This document shows positions 61,126 to 64,000 of a stretch of 64,000 nt of DNA, one piece after another. The DNA is taken from assembly GCA_026025075.1 (NCBI GenBank), contig JAPEUI010000023.1, forward strand, positions 124,001 to 188,000. The letters run 5' to 3'. Positions within the stretch are counted from its first letter, which is position 1. Each line of letters opens with the position of its first letter. The stretch is from Vezdaea acicularis (taxonomy: Eukaryota). Under the pieces are notes generated by a model, which saw only the letters and a list, made by a program, of their open reading frames with translations, made no database searches and was not told the origin of the DNA. The position numbers and the translations under genes are program-made.

Positions 61126-64000
61126 CGGTGAATGATTGAGGGTGAATTGATGGGGGTGGGGAGAGAGCTGTCGCGAGCCGCAAGCAATACGGGGGTGACG
61201 GTCTGGTTATATCAAGCGACGTTGTAGAAGTAGGTGGAAGGCTGCAGCAGTAAACGCCGTGGATTTGTCAGATCTTGTTTGCGTAAGTCCGAGCGGTTTG
61301 GTGTGGCGGTGATTTCGGGTTTAAATAGGCAACGCCGTGACGTACCGCGCTGAGGGGTGCACGGCGAGTTTATACTGCGAGTTGCGCTTCGTCCACCGTC
61401 GCTGCAATTATCGTCCGACCATGAGTCAATGGTTCGTCAATGGATTAGGCCCCGCTCCGCAAGGGCTTTCTTCGTCGCGATTGACGGCAGGGCGGATTGA
61501 TGACTGGGTGTCTGGTAAAGTGGACAAAGCGGACACAGGGCTGCCTGGTATTTAAGAATGGAGCCAGCGCACACAGGCCAGGCTGCGTGAATGAGCAGGA
61601 GAGTTCCGTTTGGAGGCCGCGGGCAGGTAGGCAGCAGCAGCAGCGGTGCAGTGGTGAAGAACGAATGGAGGGGGGAACGATGACTGGGCATCAATAAGAA
61701 AGGTCGCGGGCGCAACTGAGGCAGAGAGCGGTGGTGGGCAGGAGGACAAAGGAAGGCTGTCAATCGGGGTTCATCTGGGACCATCCCCCCATTCCCATGA
61801 TCTTCCGCCGGTCTGTAAGGGGTGGACCGTGAGCCGTGGGAGACTTGTTTGGCCGCCTTGATGAAAGGGAGGAGAGGATGGGGGAGAAGGGGGGGGGGTG
61901 TGCGCGTGAGGGTCCATGGCTGGAGGTTGGAGGCCGCGGTGGGCGCGGAGTAAGCGCTGCTGCGCACGCCGCGAACAGGACACCGGACGCTGATAGTGGA
62001 CAGATGGAGGCCGGTGGAGGCCTTGATTTGAAAGAGGGAGGAGCGTCGGACCCTCCTCGACGAATTAGGAGGGTGCGCGAGAAGGGTCGCAGCCCCTCGA
62101 AACACGCGGCGGCCGGTCAGCTGATTGGCCAATGGGGGGGGTATGGCCAACGAGGAAGGGGGGGGCCGTTGCAACGGGACCATCCAGGCCGCAAGCACCG
62201 CGCTCCCTCTCGAACACGGCCACGGACGGATTGGAGGGATTCGTCGAGGACGGGCAATGCTCGCCTTGGGGGCGGATGGCGGAGGGCGGGCGGCGGGGGC
62301 CAGAAAGCCGTGACCGCGGCCATGGCAGAGTCGAGACATGCGGCGAGTTTCCGGGAAGAGAAGAGAAGAGCACCAAATGCCAGATGCCAGATGCCAGATG
62401 CCAGCGCGGTGCTAGAGCCAAGTGCGGGTGTGGAGTTTCGCGCAGGCGCTGATCAGGCGAGGCCAAGTGAGTCATCGGCCGCGTTCGTGGCGGGCGTGTC
62501 TCGGGGCCGCCCCTGCTGCTTCGGTCGTCGCTTCTGGAGTCGGTCGGTGCCTTCCATGGGGCCACCCCCTCGCGCCTTCCCCCTTCGCCGGCAGCCTTGG
62601 CAGGCACGCTAAGCCGCTTCCGGCCGCCCACCCAGACGTCTCCTCCCGTGACACGCACCACCTCCACCACATCCCTCCGTCCGTTTGCCCGTCGCGGTCG
62701 ATCTCGCGGTCAAGCACCATCGGGCCAGGGCGTCGACGACGACTCTATTTCATCTGCAGCTCCGTCCTGAACCGTCCGCCGTATGCATCCGAAGCCTCTT
62801 CCCACCCATCTCGCACCACCTCTCCATCTCCATATCGTATCAATCTGATCATCTGGGCAGCCCCGCCCCGATGCAACGGACCATCCTGAGAGCGGACGCC
62901 TGCCTCGCCAATGCCTCCGGATGGGAAGGCCGAGGCGCGCTCCAGAGTCAATTGACGTCAGCTGCGGAAACTCTACGTAAAGTGGCGATGGACGGAGGAG
63001 CCAGATGGGCCAGTCGGACATCATCTGGCTGCACTCTCCTGCTTGGCACCGCCCGTCGGTCAAGACAATGGCAGCATCGTCGTTCAGCGGCAGGATCCCG
63101 ATGGCCAACACGTGTGCGACTGCCGACCATGGAAAGTCAATGGCCCCTCGGATCGACCCACCGCCGTCGCCCGTAGTAGCATCAATCAGGATCCATGAGG
63201 AGTCGGGCTGGGCGGACAGGCTGACATGGTGGTCATATTCGCCGCGCAACTCCAATCAATCACGCTCAATCGCACCATGTATCGCCATCGGTTCGAAGTC
63301 GGCCTCGGGGACGTGCCCTAGTTTGCCTTTTCCAGCGGCGGCTCTCACCGGCAAAGGCTCGTCATATCATGTCGACGGTGTCAGAAAGATTGGGGGCCCT
63401 GTCTCTTGTTCGTCCGTCCGTCCGCTCTTTCGCCCGTCACATCGCCGCAATCGACGGAGTTTGCGCAGCATCAAAAGAAACAAATGCCAATTGCCCCCTG
63501 CAGGACGTGCCAAGCTTGCTCGAAGCCCGCTCGAAGCCCGCTCGAAGTCTGGCCGACCTCCGACTGCCCGACTGACCGACGTTGACCTTCTACAATCAAC
63601 CGCGTCTATGCTCGTTAAAGCAAAGCAGATGATGGATGATTACGAGCGCACTCGGACCACGGGCTGAATCAACGTCCGACGGCTTCCTCCGCACGGAGAT
63701 GACGACGAGACACCCCCCTCCATCCGCCATTCGAGCATTGAACAATGGAGATGCAGTGTCGAGCAGATGGCGAAAGAAGGGCTGATGATGACCTTGACCA
63801 ATATATGCTCTGGCCATCTCGAGTCGTGCGTAGTACGCGGGCGACCAGTGGGACGGGATCGGCTGATGGTGCCGTCGGGTGATGGGAGCGGTCATCTTTT
63901 GGCGACCACATGACCCGCCCGATTCGTCACCACTCAGATGTCGATGATGTCCATACAATACACGCCTCGCACGACTGACTGCTGAGCCCGCCCTCAGCTA

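Noticed and set aside
61437..63667. ORFs of 200-300 aa upstream of the SWIRM gene
   Set aside because: GC-rich, mutually overlapping, Arg/Pro/Ser-biased and without domains.

Overview
Gene-dense, intron-containing nuclear DNA of a filamentous ascomycete (Pezizomycotina-type GTRNGY donors, CTRAC branch sites, YAG acceptors). About 22 protein genes can be reconstructed: a GPI-type cell-wall protein, an IFI6/IFI27-like protein, O-acetylhomoserine sulfhydrylase (MET17/cysD), a peroxisomal long-chain acyl-CoA synthetase, a LicD-family phosphotransferase, two MFS transporters, a CCCH-zinc-finger/NYN-like protein, a PD-(D/E)xK nuclease-like protein, a secreted protein, a membrane protein with a Cys-rich tail, Ypt1/Rab1, an M1 aminopeptidase, a MATH-USP-MORN-RING protein, a Snt1-like SANT protein, a WD40 protein, carnitine acetyltransferase (FacC/Yat1), a SPATA20/DUF255 protein and a SWIRM protein. 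The most striking non-obvious features are: (1) the first intron of ypt1 appears to be a nested spliceosomal twin intron of [D3,4] type, whose mis-spliced products end in a stop after four codons; (2) a 352-nt structured intron in the aminopeptidase gene with H/ACA snoRNA geometry; (3) an inverted pair of ~82-bp impala/Tc1-like micro-MITEs next to a decayed fasciclin gene; (4) a USP7-like protein whose catalytic Cys and His are lost and which is fused to a RING domain. All family assignments come from motif recognition by eye, not from database searches.
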